This document shows, piece by piece, positions 7,465 through 8,634 of a stretch of DNA of 8,634 nucleotides. Where the stretch lies: contig RHPI01001178.1 in the NCBI GenBank assembly GCA_009103225.1, forward strand, positions 1 through 8,634. Reading direction: 5' to 3'. The position numbers and the translations under genes were made by a program. Below the pieces are notes generated by a model. The model was not told where the DNA came from. It searched no databases and saw only the letters and a program-made list of their open reading frames with translations. This DNA is from Chlorokybus atmophyticus. Lineage: Eukaryota > Plantae > Mesostigma and Chlorokybus algae. The number at the start of each line of letters is the position of its first letter. Position 1 is the first letter of the stretch.

Positions 7465-7868
7465 TGACACGCATCTTTCACTATGTGTGTCTACCATGTG
7501 ATGAGAGGCAGTGCATGAGACAGCATGACATGGTCTCATGGTGTACAATAGCATGCCGACATGCATGACAAGGTGGTTTACAACGAGTTCGAGCCACGAT
7601 AAGGGAAGGCACGACAGCTGTCATGCGCGAGCATGTAGTGTCATGTGCATGGTGCCCTCGGGGCTGGCGGCATGGATGGACCTTGGGATTTCGGCTCTCG
7701 TAGCCATTTTACAGGGTTTATGTGTTGGGTTTTTGTTGGGAACTCATGTTTGGGTCCTCATGGACGTGAGGGAGGTGTGTTCGAGGCGTATCTACAGTCA
7801 GATACCGAGCTGACAGCATATTTGAGTCATTATAGTGTCCCGCGCAGCTGTTTTGGAGTTGTGACTTT

Positions 7869-8130
7869 GAGAAGCCATAACTTACAGTTGGAGTGGCGGT
7901 TTGGCCGTGGGTTGGCGTCAAAAGATGCGTCTTGAAGTGTACTTGAAGAGGATAGGCTTGGATAAGCCTTTCCTAACCGTCTACCGTTACTTATCAACGC
8001 CATCATGACTGTTACTATGCTGGTGCAGACTGACAATTAGGGCAGTTGGAGAGTTGGTTGGGCTTGGGCTCAACGGTGGTATATAAGGCTTTGCTAGCTT
8101 GTTTCCTAGTTTGGTTGGATGCAAGTTGGC
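7869..8130 (+). repeat. 262-nt duplicated segment, copy A (copy B at 8133-8394), flanking a single N
   Basis: Offset 264 nt. Four substitutions were found by eye (7890/8154, 7978/8242, 7984/8248, 7987/8251). Confidence 0.95.
8080..8086 (+). promoter_or_regulatory. Candidate TATA box in the putative LTR (repeated at 8344-8350 in the duplicate)
   Basis: TATATAA stands out in otherwise GC/GT-rich sequence and lies within the putative LTR. There is no transcription start data. Confidence 0.45.
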
Positions 8131-8132
8131 NC

Positions 8133-8394
8133 GAGAAGCCATAACTTACAGTTCGAGTGGCGGTTTGGCCGTGGGTTGGCGTCAAAAGATGCGTCTTGAA
8201 GTGTACTTGAAGAGGATAGGCTTGGATAAGCCTTTCCTAACTGTCTATCGATACTTATCAACGCCATCATGACTGTTACTATGCTGGTGCAGACTGACAA
8301 TTAGGGCAGTTGGAGAGTTGGTTGGGCTTGGGCTCAACGGTGGTATATAAGGCTTTGCTAGCTTGTTTCCTAGTTTGGTTGGATGCAAGTTGGC
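8133..8394 (+). repeat. 262-nt duplicated segment, copy B
   Basis: Starts two bases after the N at 8131 and matches 7869-8130. Confidence 0.95.
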
Positions 8395-8634
8395 CTACTG
8401 GAGTGCAAGCAACACCTTTGGCAAGAGGTTTTCGGCTGAGCGGATGCTTGTGCACATGCTTGCATGTATGGTGTGTGTGCACGTGTTCGTCGCTGTGCAT
8501 GAAGGGGTGTGTGTCACTGTTGCGACTTTGATGCACCATATGGGCTGCTTTAGCATGTACATTGAGTGAGGATTGAGTTTGGACTGCTCTACACGAGTGA
8601 ACGGCTGATTGCAAGTCAAGTTGTGGTCATCTTG

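Larger units (their letters stand above)
1..8634 (+). mobile_element. Ty3/Gypsy-type LTR retrotransposon carrying a DNA cytosine methyltransferase domain and an integrase PHD finger; 5'-truncated by the window, degenerate copy
   Basis: Domain order gag-PR-(DNMT)-RT-RH-IN with integrase after RT/RNase H is diagnostic of Ty3/Gypsy rather than Copia. All hallmark motifs are visible: CCHC x2, DTG, YIDD, TDWS...DGLSR, HHCC, DDE. The 3' boundary is not established and may lie at 8516 or beyond the window. Confidence 0.95.
7465..8634 (+). repeat. Putative 3' LTR (start inferred, end uncertain)
   Basis: Starts with TG right after the candidate PPT, has no credible coding frame and contains a TATA-like element. 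There is no 5' LTR in the window to confirm it. A possible inverted terminus GTGTCA lies at 8511-8516. Confidence 0.45.

Noticed and set aside
7961-7995. GATAAG...CTTATC inverted repeat as a terminator or structured RNA
   Set aside because: It is a 6-bp stem with a long loop and no U-tract, which is compatible with chance.
8039-8069. G-quadruplex in GGGCAGTTGGAGAGTTGGTTGGGCTTGGG
   Set aside because: There are only three GGG runs and one long loop; at best a weak two-tier structure.
7409-8634. A chromodomain or env-like ORF downstream of integrase
   Set aside because: Reading past the 7406 stop gives about 30 unremarkable codons. The short ORFs here have no chromodomain aromatic pattern or convincing envelope features.
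1-8634. tRNA, rRNA, CRISPR array, primer-binding site, 5' LTR
   Set aside because: None is visible. The PBS and 5' LTR would lie upstream of the window, and the repeats present are two long gap-flanking duplications, not spacer arrays.
1-8634. Assigning the host to a specific alga or plant
   Set aside because: The architecture suggests a green-lineage (possibly charophyte) host by precedent, but nothing in the window demonstrates it.

Overview
Nearly the whole window is one decayed eukaryotic Ty3/Gypsy (Metaviridae-type) LTR retrotransposon on the + strand. It is entered part-way through gag, so the 5' LTR and PBS are outside the window. The order is gag (two CCHC knuckles), aspartic protease, an inserted C5-cytosine DNA methyltransferase domain resembling DNMT3, reverse transcriptase, RNase H, integrase with a C-terminal PHD finger, then a candidate PPT and 3' LTR. 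The methyltransferase lies in the Pol reading frame between PR and RT, so the element carries both a DNA-methylation writer and a histone-reader module. DNMT-bearing retrotransposons have published precedent in charophyte algae and dinoflagellates, so the general idea is not new. The unusual catalytic motif (GWECQ), the PHD pairing and the host lineage deserve checking. This copy is pseudogenised: four in-frame stops (4029, 4041, 4839, 5736), a probable 1-nt deletion near 6017, an 11-nt insertion at 1556-1566 and an unexplained gag/pol frame change. Both N gaps (869-1179 and 8131) are flanked by near-identical duplicated sequence, which looks like an assembly join of two different copies or alleles rather than a true tandem duplication. 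The host cannot be identified from the sequence alone. All coordinates and counts were read by hand.
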